NCBI RefSeq assembly: GCF_006345805.1
Contig: NC_043016.1
Location: 12,586,001-12,650,000 of the forward strand
Origin: Octopus sinensis
Lineage: Eukaryota
Length of the DNA stretch: 64,000 bases
Direction of reading: 5' to 3'
Position numbers and translations under genes: made by a program. Each line of letters starts with the position of its first letter. Within the stretch, counting starts at the first letter, position 1. Under the pieces are notes generated by a model. It was not told the origin of the DNA. It saw only the letters and a program-made list of their open reading frames with translations, and made no database searches. Shown piece after piece: positions 10,902 to 25,045 of this stretch.

Positions 10902-12597
10902 GTTCATGTATAATTGCATGAATGGAACATGCATATATAATTACGTTAATAGTGCATTATTATTATATCATGTTTCAGCAAAGTTCCTTTTATGATTTTG
11001 ATTCTTTGCCACATTTTTGTATTTACTTTGCTTCTGAAGTTGAAATGGTTGATATAAAAATGTCCCTTAACCGTTCTTCCTTTCTCTCTCTCTCTCTTTG
11101 AAATTTGGTTTCGTTTTCACTCAAACTACTTCGATTTAAATCTTTTCTAATAATATAAACCCAACAACTAATTTCATTGACTGCGTATTTTATTTCAAAC
11201 GAATTTTGAATAAATCTAATACAAATTTTTTTAGATGAAAACTAAGAATTAGTTGGTGCTGCTAATATATTTAAAAAAAAAATCTATTTACATTTTTCCT
11301 TAATTAGACACAAGGTACCCCCCCAAAACAGTCTGAGCCCATTGTTGAGAATAAAGGCAATGTCTATATTTATTTACAATATATTGTTTAGCATTGTCTT
11401 GTGTATGTATATAATATATATGTGTGTATGTATCAACTTAGCTGGGAAGTCTACACGTGTGGGAATGAATATATTGTAAGGATGTGGAATTAGAAAAGAA
11501 TTTTTTCCCCCCTTCTTTTAGTTTCATATTGAAAAAAATTAATGAAGTTATTTTATAAAAGTTGCTGCGGTGTAAGACTAGAAGTTTCGACTTTAATGCG
11601 AAATATGTCAATATCCATCATAGATCATATTTTTTTTTTTATGAGACATCGAGGCAAATTTTCATGGGAGAACAGGCAAAGTTAATTAAATACCCTCCCT
11701 CTCTAAACTAATTCTTAATTGGCTTCTTCTGTTCGTTTTAGATATTTACAATATTTTTGTTTTCATAAACCTCTTTACACATTTATTTGTTTTTAATAAA
11801 CTATTTTTTTTTCTCTATATACAACAAAAGGGAAATGAGATTGTGTGACGTTCATTCTTTTTCAAGGACAATAAACGTGACTGACGCAAAATTTGTGCAG
11901 CCGAGTATCGAAACTAACACCGTAGAATCGGCCTACTTCAATCTACCACATTTTTGTGTTTTTAATCCAAAGATGCCATTATATTATACTGAAATAAAAA
12001 ATATATATATATTTTCCCCTTCTCATTTGAGTAATCTTAGAATAGCTAGTACCATGTTCATCTCTGTTTAATGCCATCCTTAGTAGAGGCCTCGTTGGGT
12101 TGTATGTATCTGGAATATTAAACCTTACAAGGCTGCACATGCTATTATAGCGATTAATTGCTGTACTAATTGTGTTGGATTAATTAAACAGGATGGCTTT
12201 GGTTTAGCTGCCGTGATTATCACATGTTGACTTTCATGGAGAAAGCACTTTAGAAATGTCAGTAACGTTTTCATTATTTTTTTTTTTCTATTGGGGGTGG
12301 GTGGGTTATCCGGTGAACATTTTCAATATTTTACGCAAGCCTCCGCTAAATCAGTCGTGCATGGGTCTGCATAGACGACTAGAGCAGACAAGTCAGTTCT
12401 ATTTTGGGAGGGAGTTATGTAACCATCCGTCCAGTAATTGGTACTTTTCCTCTACATCAGAAAATAAAAGGCGAATTAAACTTGCCAAAGAATTTGAGTT
12501 CAGAACTTAAATGGACGTAATTCTAAACATCTCAAGTCATTCATCGAAGGCTCTACTGATTTCATACATTCATACAATCGTGCACGTGTATACACGT

Positions 12598-12635
<38 letters not shown>

Positions 12636-15600
12636 GCTTGTTGCAGAAGCTTTATTTTTTTTTTTATTATCTTAAAGTCAGTAAAAGTTACTATTACGTA
12701 AGTTACTAAAATGAACGCACCACACCACTATTTAAAAAAAAAAATTTTAACAGGTAGTTTGATGGAGGGTATATGGTTGCCTCGTGTAGAGGTTGCCGGT
12801 TCTGTCTGACGTGCAGATTGATCGGTGTGAGAATGCACACACGCATATTCAGACACATATTCAGACACTCATGCACACGTGTACAAAAACGTGCGGACCG
12901 GCACAGATTGTGCGATGTGGGGGAGTTCACCTTTCGGCTCTGTACTATGCTCTTCAGGCTGAAAGACGATTATTCGGCGAAGAAACACATATATAAGCGT
13001 GTGTGTGTGTGTGTGTATGGAAGTGTGGGGGATTAGTGGTTAAAGTGTTGGACTCCTGGTCATGAGCTTAGCTAGCAAGAATAGGTAATCCTGCGACGGA
13101 CCGGCTTCTTGAGCAGTGGAGGTAGTATACAATCGCCAACCATACATACATATATGTTTGTTATTAAGATAAGCGAGCTGGCAGAATCGGTAGCACGCCG
13201 GGCGTTTCGTCCGTCCTTATGTTCGAGTTCGAATTCCGCCGGAGTCGACTTTGCCTTTCATCCTTTCAGAGTTTATAAATTAAGAGCGGAGGTAAAGAAT
13301 ACGTACACCACACCTTTTTGGTTTAACAAAATCCCTAAACACCGGGTGTACGTATTCTTACACTGGGGTCGATGTAATCCTCTCCCCTCAAATTTCACTC
13401 CTTGTGTCTTTAGTAGAAAGGATTAAACATACATATATATGGTTTACATTTATTTGTGCAGCATTCAGTACTTATTTAATACTGAAAATGATCCTTCCTA
13501 TAGACACACATTTAATGTTCAAAGATATTTTAAAATTAGACCAGTCTATATATTTACTCCTTCCATGTGTGAGGGGAAATATACGAGTTTGTTTTAAATG
13601 TGGTGTAAGTATCCACAAGCACCATGTGGTGCAACACTCGAATTTTTTTTTTTTTTCTTCTATTAAAAATGTAACTAGAGTATTTTGGCTGAAACGCATA
13701 AAAGAATAACCGTTAATACGTAGGGTTTACGAAAGACAAATATCTCCAGAACAATGTTTGATATATTTGAAAACTGAGAAAAATCAGTTTCATTCGTCAA
13801 CAGCAACCTTTCTCAATAAGGTGCACTATGAAGTATACCTACACAAATGTGCATTCATTCCCTCCACGATTTGGTTTTCTCAAGACTTTTAGAAGAATGG
13901 GTACTCTGTAACGAAATTTTCACAAACGTCTTTTAGAAGTTGTAGATTCCGATTATGTTGGAATTCAATGTGGAAGGAAATTGATGGGTGCGCACAATAT
14001 ATATTGACACATCACAATTTTATTTTCAAAATTTCAGGTTTCATTTATATATATATATATGTAGAGCGTGTGAATGTGCCCACCAGTTTTTTTTTCTACA
14101 TTAAATTACGATATAATCTTAATCCACTAGACTTGAAAGGTATTTGTAGAAAGTTACATTAGAAAATATATTTATTTTTCGAAAGTTATGAGGAAACAAA
14201 GTCGATTGGGGGCAGCACACTTGTGTAGGAATACCCCTTATGAATGCTCCGATTTCATATATATTTACGAAAAATAAAACTTTTCTCTTTTATTTCTAAG
14301 TTGATGTGGCATTTATGTCTCGCAAAATCTACGTTTATAGTAAAAACTTCACTCTCACGAAAAGGAAATTTGTATTTTAAACATTTCCGCTGCAAATATT
14401 AAATATCAACTTAGTCTTAATTTTATTGTGAACTTCGTAAAAATTGAAAAGAAAACGAAAACAATTTGTCCGCTGAAGATGAATAAACACTAAAAAGGAA
14501 TTGGTAGAGTTCGCATGATTCCCCCCTCGGAGGTCACTTCCGGATGCTGCTACTTCATTCAGTAATCATCAGTAATCATCAGTTTAACCTCAGATTACTC
14601 TTAAATTCCTCTAGAACTATATCAAAGACTTTCCGCACATGATCATCCCATCTTTTTTAAGAATACATAAAAACAATGTGTCCTTTAGATTTATTTCAAG
14701 GCGGCAGGGTGTGATATAGGAGGGAAATTTCGTTGCTACTTCTAACAGGTTGCGCGATGATGTAGAGAGAAAGCTTAGCTGTCGCTTTCGGTTTCCGACT
14801 GTTTTCGTTGCTCTATCGTGGATTGAAAGTACAGATTTAGACTTTTCTATCTATTTTTAGAACGTAACCTGTGGCCGTTTATTATCAGCTTATACCATTC
14901 TCTTATTCTCTTGCTTCGTAGATAGGGCAAGTAAAGGAAAGAAGTTGTTTTTCTCCAAGGACATACGTTTTAATGGCTCTGAGTCAAACTTACGAGTTTT
15001 GCATCAGAAGATCGAATTAATTTATCTGTAATAAATTTTACCGATCATTTTATTTAGAAAGAAATCACACAAACTCGGTATAATTTAATCTTGAAATCTT
15101 TCATCTTCGTAACTTATTCATATAAATGCTGTTGGTACCGCCAATTCCTCTGCTTCTTTTATGATGGGTAGTGTGTGTTATTGAGAAAGGGGTGTTCCAA
15201 GCAGACGAATATTTCGATAAATCAAAGAAAAATGTAAAAATTTAGCTTATGAATGTACGATGTGTAGAATATTGAGTATAATATGTATTTGTGTATAAGT
15301 TGCAGATTTTTGCAGAAGGCTACACATTTGGAATGTGATGGTTATGCCATCTCAAGTCGTGTGTACAATGGGCAGTTTCCCGGGGAGCTCACGGGTCTAG
15401 GACCCTAAATCTGATCTATGTATGCTGTTACTTGCTTTCAATAAAAAAGAAAAAAATCAATACGGTCCAGTACATTGATTTTGCTCAGATGGTTGTGGGT
15501 GAGGGTGTAGTCAACTGGACTGACACACTACTTGAATGGTATTTTGTCGACTCAGTAAAATCGAAAGATTGCCAATTCCTTTGGATTCGAATTCAAATTT

Positions 15601-17027
15601 GAGCAATGTAGCTAATGCATGCTGTGAAGTTTTGTTTCTTCACCCATTGTTCATGTATTGGAAATTAAGTAGCCTGGATTTTTATTTATCTTGTTTGATT
15701 TACATGCATAAAAATAATTGAACCCCGTGCGTATGTAAACATATATGTCATCATCATCATCGTTTAACGTCCGCTTTCCAGGCTAGCATGGATTGGATGG
15801 TTCAACTGGGGTCTGGGAAGCCCGAAGGTTGCACCAGGCCAGTCAGATCTGGCAGTGTTTCTACAGCTGGATGCCCTTCCTAATGCCAACCACTCCGTGA
15901 GTGTAGTGGCTGCTTTTTATGTGCCACCGACACAGGTGGCAGACTTACATGTGGCCCAAGGAGTGTGCAGTTACAATACTGGTACAAAGTAACGCCATGG
16001 TCCTTGGAGCAAAATATTTGGACACATAGTTATGTGTCCAAGTATTATTTCTGCTGGGCCATTGTGTTTCATTGCTGAACAAGACCTATCAACTTATTCT
16101 AGTTTGCACTATTTGGCAAAATAAAAGCTCAACTCCTTAGTTAATTGCAGAAAGGACATTCGGCTTTAAAATCAGTTATCTCTTCATGATTTATTTACAT
16201 TTTCGTTGGTTTTAGAAATTGGACTGTGGCCATGCTGGAGTACCATACTGAAGCATTTTGTCAATCATATCACTGCAGTGCTTATTTAATCTGCTTTTAC
16301 TTTTGAGCTGTTCAGTTCATGGGACATAAAGGGTCATGTAATAACATTTATTTGTAGATCGATATAAACCTAATCATAGACACACACATGCATCCATACC
16401 ATTTTAATCACTTTGTTGTGTCCACTTTTCCAAGCTTGCATTGAGTCATTCGAAATTCATTGAGGTTTTTCTATAGGTAGATGCCCCTTTTTGTCTCCAA
16501 CACTAAACCTGTTTTGATGCAAGTGAGCAATATTTCCTCAAGTCCTCTGAACACAAATGATGCAATGGCTGGACATAGATTACATGCGAGTAATATTGTT
16601 TGTATAAATGAATGGTGTCTTTTCTTTTTTCTTTCACAATTAGCTTGCAATGTGATGTCAAGGAAACAAAAATATAAACACATGTGCATACACATCATTA
16701 CCTGCTTCCAAGCAAGGTTATTGTATTTCCCATGTCCAGACATGCTCTTGCAGAACAATAGAAATTAATGACACTGTTTGCACGACCGTGACTCTCACTT
16801 ACAACTATCATGCAGTGTCAAGGCAAGACACACACATACACATGTCTCTCCAACAAACTTCTTTCAGTTTCTGTCTACCAAAACCACTCACTCACAAGGC
16901 TTTTAGGTGGCCCAAGGATTTGGAAGGTGCAATAACAGTTGAATTGAACTTGAAACTGTTTTAACCATGCAGCCACACCTGTTAGCTATGTAGTTCAATA
17001 TATACATATATATAAGATATTTTAAGA

Positions 17028-17258
17028 AGGCGGTGAGCTGGCAAAAACGTTAGCACGCCGGGCGAAATGCGTATCCGTATTTCGTCTGTTGTTACGTTCC
17101 GAGTTCAAATTCAGCCGAGGGTAACTTTGCCTTTCATCCTTTCAGGGTCGATAAATTAAGTACCAGTTACGCACTGGGGTCGATGTAATTGACTTAATCC
17201 CTTTATCTGTCCTTGTTTGTCCCCTCTGTGTTTGGTCCCTTGTGGGTAGTAAAGAAAT
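17028..17258 (+). mobile_element. tRNA-type SINE family A, well-preserved copy
   Basis: Co-linear with 3778-4010 over about 230 bp. Confidence 0.85.
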
Positions 17259-19148
17259 GTATATATTGGATATTTTACTTTTCAACTACCAAATCACTCA
17301 CAAAGCTTTGAATAGCTTGGGGGCTATAACAGAAGGCACTTGCCTAAACAATGGGGCTGAACCTGAAACCACGTGGTTGGAAAAATAACCATCATTTAGC
17401 ATCCACTTTCCATGCTGGTATGGGTTGGACAGTTTGATAGGAGTTGGCTAGGCAGAAGACCACACCAGGTTTCAGCCTGTTTTAGTGTGGTCTTTCACAG
17501 CTGGATGCCCTTCCTAACACCAACCACCACGCAGAGTGGACTGAGTGCTTTTTATGTGGGCATATATTTATCTTAGTGCAGACCACTCTAAAATCACTGT
17601 GTCCCTTTATGTCCTGTAATTTATATATAAATAGGTGGCTACAATGGGGCTCCTGCACATTTTTGTTGCCAATTAAATTCCACATGTAAAGATTAGTAAC
17701 CCTAGGCTAAAGTAAATTCTTTTCAATGTTTCATATTATGAAATCAAACTAGAACTGCACAAATTTTTGAACTTTGTTTCATAGCGAACACTTTCAGTTT
17801 TTCTATTAAGATTCAGACATTTTTCTATGGAATTTAAATAACATTCTTATTTATTTTGGTATCTTATAAGATTGCAAGAAGCTTCCAGTAGATGAGAGAT
17901 AGATAAATGTCAGTCGTGCAGATTTGCTTGGAGATTGTTGTACTAAGTTATAATAAGCTTTGCTGATGTTGAATGCAAACAACTTTTGCCAACCTTCTGA
18001 AGGGCATGAATCCACTGGAGAATGACATCATCATCATCATCGTTTAGCGTCCGTTTTCCGCGCTAGCACGGGTTGGACATAGGAAGGCGAATATCTCTCT
18101 CTCTCTTTCTCTTTTACTTGTTTCAGTCATTTGACGGCGGCCATGCTGGAGCACCGCCTTTAGTCGAGCAAATCGACCCTGGGACTTATTCTTTGTAAGC
18201 CCAGTACTTATTCTATCTGTCTCTTTTGCCGAACCGCTAAGTGCTGAAATTTCTTTAACAGTTTGTAATTTTCTGGATGTTTTGACAAAATTTGACACTG
18301 TGCATGTACCTGAACACTGCAATATAAACATCCAAAAAGCAAAAGTGCCTTCTAAATCCATCTTGCTAAATCTCTACAGTAGATCTGGCTCTACACAAGC
18401 TACACTTGGTGGTCATTGAGGAACTAGAGAGACTTAAGATATTGGCAGTATATGACGGGTTGATATTTGGCACATAGATTTATGGATCCAAAGATTGGTA
18501 TAGATAGTTGTAAGAGAGAAGCAGAATGCAAAGTTTGGCAAGGGCCAGTCTAACTCTAGAGCATCCTACTTGAGATGTGGCTTTGTTGATTTGATGTAAG
18601 GTGAAAGTGTTTCCATGTTTGGTGTGTGAGAGAATGAACCTGATAAAAGGTGTTAAAACGTGATTCTTCATTATCATCATCATACATCTGTTGTCTGTGC
18701 TGGTATGGGTTGGACAGTTTAACCAGAGCTAGCAAATTGGAGAGATGTACCAGGCTCCAGTCTGATTTAGTATAGTTTCTATGGCTGGATGCCCTTCCTA
18801 ATGCCAACCACTTTACAGTGTGTGCTGGATGCTTTTACATGGCACTACATGTGTGCTTCTATGTGGCACTTTTAAATGGCACCTCACAGGTGCTTTTACA
18901 TGACACCACACAAGTACCTTTATATAGCACCACCACATGGTAATTATGTGGCACCTTTGCAGGTCAGTCTTCTCCTTCAGAGAGACAAGGCTTAACTTAA
19001 CACTTCTGCTGTGGAGCAGGGTCTTGGTGCCAGGCATTCTGGTCCTTTGTCTTTAGTAGTGCTGTTAGATTAATCTTTAACTTTTTTTGATACCATTTTG
19101 TTTTAGACCACCTTTGGTTCTATGGTTACAAACTTCATATTTTAAAGT

Positions 19149-19505
19149 GATCATCATCATTTAGCGTCCGCTTTCCATGCTAGCATGGGTTGGACGGTTC
19201 AACTGGGGTCTGTGAAGCCAGAAGGCTGCATCAGGCCCAGTCTGATCTGGCAGTGTTTCTACAGCTGGATGCCCTTCCTAACGCCAACCACTCCGTGAGT
19301 GTAGTGGGTGCTTTTTACGTGCCACCTGCACAGGTGCCAGACGGAGCTGGCAAACGGCCACGGACGGATGGTGCTTTTTACGTGCCACCGGCACGGGGCC
19401 AGGCGAGGCTGGCAACGGCCATGAACGGATGGTGCTTTTTACGTGTCACCGACACGAGGCCAGTCGGGGCGGCGCTGGCAACGGTCATGAACGGATGGTG
19501 GTGCC
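19149..19505 (-). mobile_element. Young RTE-tail repeat
   Basis: Closely matches the reverse complement of about 32480-32785; the ORF-track peptides at 19190 and 32438 are almost the same. Confidence 0.9.
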
Positions 19506-21204
19506 TTCAAAATGTTCCATTAAGATTTTATGTTAATTTGTTTCAAACTTCAACATAACAACTGCAGTTGCTTTACTAAATTCTTCAGTGTGTTTCAAGA
19601 GAAATATTGTAACACAAGGGTTAAGAGTGGTGGGTAGGAAGATTCCACTAAGTTGGTAGCCTTCAGCCTGCAATGACTGGAGGTGCTTTTTGCTTGGGTA
19701 GTAATCTTACAAGTGTTGTGATGACTGTTAGAAGCCAACCTGTTGAATGAATAGCGTTCCCATTGTATTGGTAAACAAACATTTTTCATATTTATAGATG
19801 CAAAATAGTAAAAAACTGTAATATATTGATGCAGCAAAGTATAGCGTTACAGAGCTGTCCTGGCTATTCTCTGTTGCAGAGCAGGTGATATGATGTGAAG
19901 ATTAAATCTTTATAGATTGTCTGTGTAACATCTTGGCTAATTGCAGCTGTAATTCGCTTGACACATTACACCCCTGCAAATATTTGTTATAAATAGTTTA
20001 ATATTGTGTTACCCACTCTTGAAATATCACTCTAAGCTTCAACCTCTTTTCTTTCTCCTTGACTGAATGCTGTTAAACCTATTTAAGGCATATTTCTGCA
20101 CTTCTAGTGTGTTAAGTGTCCATTTCCAGCCAGTAATGTTGGTCACTCTATTACTTAGAGCAAATAATGTGTTAAGCATTAAGTGTTTGGCTATTAATAT
20201 TTCAGCTATACACCAAAATAAGAGAGTGTATGGTAATTGCAAATAAATGTGTTAACTTTATCTGATTGGACAAGCCAACTGCATGGAAACAGAATTTAGA
20301 TAAATTTAATACAGTTGATGTCTGTAAATTTTAAATAGCTTGAGTGTTAAGAGTGCCAAAATGTATTAAGAATGTTGAGTTTTGTTGGATTTTTTTAAAG
20401 TCATTAGGTACTAGATAATGAGTCTGAAGTTATTTGAAAATTTTAGTAACAATATTAGAGAAATAAAATGATTGAAATTTCGGAAAAATTTAAGTAGTAA
20501 AATAGGTGCATATGTGGCTATGTAATAAGCAGCTTGCTTCCCAGTTGCAAGGTTTCTAATTCAGTTCCACTGCATGATTCCTTGTGTATATAGTGTCTTC
20601 TACTATAGCTCTCATGAGTAGATTTCTTGAAAGGAAATCAAAAGAAGCTTGTTCCTCCTCTTGACTTCACATGATGGTTGTAAATTAGTGTCACACTTTA
20701 CGAATGGTCCTTCATTCCCAATCTTCTGTGAAAACCTGTCTGGCCATACAGAAACAGATAAGAGTTGGTGATAGGAAGGGCATCCAGCCATAGAAAAAAT
20801 CTGCTTTACTGAATTTTGTCATGTGCACACACACACACACACACATATATATGACAGACTTCTTTCTGTTACTGTCTACCAAATCTATTCACAGGGCTTA
20901 GGTTTGCAGTGGGCTTGAACTTGAAACCATGTTGGGATGCAGACAGCCACTCAGCTGTGTCTGTTCCTGATTGTATTTCCTAATTTGGGAAGTTGTTAAT
21001 ATTTTCCCTTTAATCATCATCATCATTTTTACATTCATATTTTCCTCATGCTGACATAGGTTGAACATGACTTCTTGAGGCCAGCATTCTATGACTGGAT
21101 GGCCTTCCTGATCCTAGCACTTGTCCTTTTGAATGATGTACATTCACCAGGCTGCTAGTTTTACTGTTTTTGCAGAATGTAAACAAAAAGTATCAGTGCC
21201 AATG

Positions 21205-21410
21205 TACAGTTCTATATTTAAGAGATGAGTAATTATGTATATTATTTACAATTGACGGATATTTGTCCTCATCTTGTTTGTTGTTAACATGTTTTGGCTG
21301 ATATACCCTCTAGCCTTCATCAGGTGTCTTGGGGAAATTTTGAATCTGGGTTCTCATTCCTAAGGTATTTTTCAATGTTATTATTATTCAGGTCACTGCC
21401 TGGAATCAAA
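21205..21410 (-). mobile_element. Short repeat with a B-box-like remnant and a hammerhead-like motif
   Basis: Minus strand reads TTGATTCCAGGCAGTGACCTGAATAATAATAA ... CTGATGA-A-GGCT-n12-AGCC-AAAA-CATG-TT. Confidence 0.55.
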
Positions 21411-22530
21411 AAACTTAATCCTGCAGATATGCCTCCGCTCAACAAGAAAACAAAATATCTTTTGTTAAAATGATTATTTTCTTAGTAAAATCATAATAAA
21501 AATTTTATGATAATTAAAAAAAACATGAGATAATTAATAGATCTCATTTACAATGTTTTCATAATTCCATCACTTTTACTATTCTGGATCTTATTTCAGT
21601 TAGATGAGTTCTCAAGCTGGAATATGAAATAAATGAATCTAGCATTGTTTATAATAATAATGATAATGCTTTCTACTATAGGTATAAGGCCTGAAATTCT
21701 GTGGAAGGGAATAGTCATTTACATTGACCTCAGTGTTCAACTGGTACTTATTTTATCGACCCCAAGGGAGTGAAAAGCAATGTTAACCCCAGTAGAATTT
21801 GAACCTAGAACATAAAGAGCCAAAAAAAAATGTTACTAAGCATTTTGTGTGGTGTCCTAATAGCTCTTGCTAGCTTGCTGCCCTTTGTTTAATAATGGTT
21901 TTGAATGTTTAGCACAAGGCCAGCAATTTCAAGGAACAGAGTAAGCCAATTACATGATTCCAGTACTCAACTAGTACCTTTTTTTTTATCAACCACGAAA
22001 GGATGAAAGGCAAAGTTGACCTCAGCAGAATTCAAGCATAAAAACAGACATAATGCTGCTAACCGTTTTGCATTGCATGCTAAAAATTATGCCAGTTTAC
22101 CACCTTACTCCCTTTGTTTAATAATAATAATAATAATTTCTTAAATTACTAGACTAAATTTGTAGAGGAAATTTAATCTAGCCTGAGGGCAGTGTTTCTA
22201 CTAGTCACTAAATATTTGATTCCCAATTTGTGTAACTTTTCTGATGTGTTATGTCTAATTCCCCTTTGTATGCTTTCACTTGCTTAATAACTAAATTTAG
22301 AATAGTGGTAAGCAATGAAAAGCAATGTTAGAATTTAGGAAGAAATCAGGTTTTATGTTGACTTAGCTAGGTGCACAGTTTATCATATATACATATCAGA
22401 TTTTATACCTTTTGTATGATAGTGGATTGAATTGCACCTGGTATATACTGGAAAAAAAGTCATTGAAAAATTTGTATAAGTTCAAATATGTGCAGGGGTG
22501 GCTGTGTGGATAATTTGTATAAGTTCAAAT

Positions 22531-22930
22531 AGGCGCAGGTGTGGCTGTGTGGTAAGTAGCTTGTTTACCAACCACATGGTTCCAGGTTCAGTCCCACTGC
22601 GTGGCACCTTGGGCAAGTGTCTTCTACTATAGCCTCGGGCCGACCAAAGCCTTGTGAGTGGATTTGGTAGACGGAAACTGAAAGAAGCCCGTCGTATTTA
22701 TGTATATATATATATATGTGTGTGTGTTTGTGTTTGTCCCCCTAGCATTGCTTGACAACCGATGCTGGTGTGTTTATGTCCCCGTCACTTAGCGGTTCGG
22801 CAAAAGAGACCGATAGAATAAGTACTGAGCTTACAAAAGAATAAATCCCGGGGTCGAGTTGCTTGATTAAAAGGCGGTGCTCCAGCATGGCCGCAATCAA
22901 ATGACTGAAACAAGTAAAAGAGTAAAAGAG
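22531..22930 (+). mobile_element. tRNA-type SINE family B, full length
   Basis: Head with A box TGGCTGTGTGG and B box GGTTCAGTCCC, internal TA/TG tract, and tail GCTCCAGCATGGCCGCA...GAAACAAGTAAAAGAGTAAAAGAG. Partial copies at about 18100-18245(-), 20505-20650(+), 33660-33860(-), 34510-34850(-) and 43450-43640(-). Confidence 0.85.
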
Positions 22931-24174
22931 TATGTGGTTGTATAATTTATCATTTCCTCTGTATTGCTTTTCCATCAATATACATTTGTTCATTTTAGTA
23001 ATAATAACCTATATAAAAATACAATAACAGATGTACAGAGATGGGAAATATATTATTTTTATTACCATTCATTGCATGAAATATAACATGAACAGTGGAG
23101 ATCTCATGGAAGGAATCAACTGTAACAGACTTCATGCTATAGTCCTTGTCATGTTTTGTGACAGTCTCCTATAATGACCATTATTTTAAAACATTGTGTG
23201 CTTTACAATCAAATAGTTTAGAAAATGAGTCTAGTTTGTATTTGGCACAATTGATATAGGTAAACTAAAACCATTTCTCTTCTTTTGCTTTTTATTTCTT
23301 CAAAAACATCCAACAAATGTGAAAGGATACTGGAATTAAGATAATTTGGCTGTTGCTCAATTGAGCTTATAATTTGGAGAAATTTTTTTACTGATATTTT
23401 AGTAGAAAGTAGCATCATGAAGTGTATGAAAGAGAGAGAGAAAAGACAAAAGGTGAGCAGTATCCTACATGTGAATTAAAATTAGTTTTCTGTAGTTGAA
23501 ATCTTTAGTAATAAAAAACACTTGAAAAACCACATTTTAATAGAAATCTATTTTAAGAATTTTCTAGACAGTGTAAACTTTAATAACTATTTCTGATTTT
23601 TTTTTAGTAAAAGCTATACACACCCATTAATTAATAAGCAACAGTTTTCGTCATTATGCTGGTGAAAATTCAGAGCACTGTTATTTTATTATTTGAGACA
23701 TATAGATTAAAACTAATAGAGCCATAAATAGAAAAGTGTCAAAGAATTTGGTCTGTAATGTTGCATTTGATGATTGGAGAATTAGCAGCTTAGGTGTGAA
23801 TACATTTTTAATTGTTGCTGTTTGATAAACCCAATCTTAATTTCAAATTTTGTCTGACCCTTCAACCCAAGTATAGCTAAGGTTTAATCCGAAATAGCAA
23901 GACTTAATACATTTCCATGTAACTTTGTGATCAATTCTTATGCTTTCATAATTTTTGTCAGTTGTTTATTTTCTGTATTTGTGCAGAATTCTAGATGATC
24001 TCTTTTAGATGTGACTACTTGCAAAACACCACTCTTCCAAATGCTAATCACATTTCATACAAATTTATTGAAAGATACTTTACAGCAAGTCATGCAAATG
24101 TTTCATTGTCTTAAAAAGCGAATGGTGTGAGGGATGTACTGAAGGATCCATTTCATCTTGCAGCGCTTGTTCTT

Positions 24175-25045
24175 CATCATCATCATCGTCTTTTAATGTC
24201 TGCTTTCCATGCTGGCATGGGTTGGACGTTTTGACTGGGGCCTGGCAAGCCAGCAGCAGCACCAGGCTCCAATCTGATCTGGTAAGGTTTCTACAGTTGG
24301 ATGTCCTTCCTAATGCCAACCATTCTGAGAGTGTAGTGGGTGCTTTTTATGTGCACAAGGGCCAATCAAGCGGTACTGGCATCAACTACACTTGAATGGT
24401 GTTTTATTACGTGCCACCAGTCAGGGGGCACTGGCATTGACCGCATTCAGATGATGCATTGGCCACAGCTACGATTTTGGTTTTACTTGACTCAGCAGGT
24501 CTTCTCAAACATATCATATCGCTCGATGCATCAAGGATAATTTTAAATGTGCTGGATATGCAACACTGGCATCGACCATGGCTGCGATCTCACTTTAGTT
24601 GCCAGGTCTTCTCAATCCCAGCATATCTCCAAAGGTCTCGGTCTCCTGTTGTTGCTTCTGTGAGGTCCAACGTTCGAAGGTCATACTTCACCACCTCATC
24701 CCATGTCTTCCTGAGTCTACCTCTTCCACAGTTAGTGGTGGCACTTCTACACAGCTGTCCTCAACCATACATAACACATGACCATACCAGCACAGTCATC
24801 TCTCTTGCACACTACTATTGATGCTTCTTATGTCCAACTTTTCTATCAGGGTGCCCACAGTCAGGCATTACACATCCAGCAGATCATACTAGCTTCATTT
24901 CTTTCAAGCCTACACATGTCCTCAGCAGTCATGACCCATGTTTCACTACTATGTTGCATGGCAGTTCATACACATGCGTCATACAGTCTACCTTCCATCC
25001 TGAGCGAGAGGTCGTTAGTTGCCAGCAGAGGTAGGAGCTCTCTTA
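24175..25045 (-). mobile_element. Older 5'-truncated RTE copy (ORF2 C-terminus, 3'UTR, tail)
   Basis: The reverse complement resembles about 31720-32150 (GRLYDACV...KTWDEVVKYDLRTL) and ends in the shared tail with (CAT)n. Confidence 0.8.

Noticed and set aside
9184-10934. Long ORFs (up to 385 aa) rich in C/V/Y/I/M or H/T/Y/I
   Set aside because: Translations of the TA/TG microsatellite; stop codons are rare for compositional reasons.
22531-22610. tRNA-like sequence
   Set aside because: SINE head with A/B boxes continuing into the SINE body; no convincing cloverleaf.
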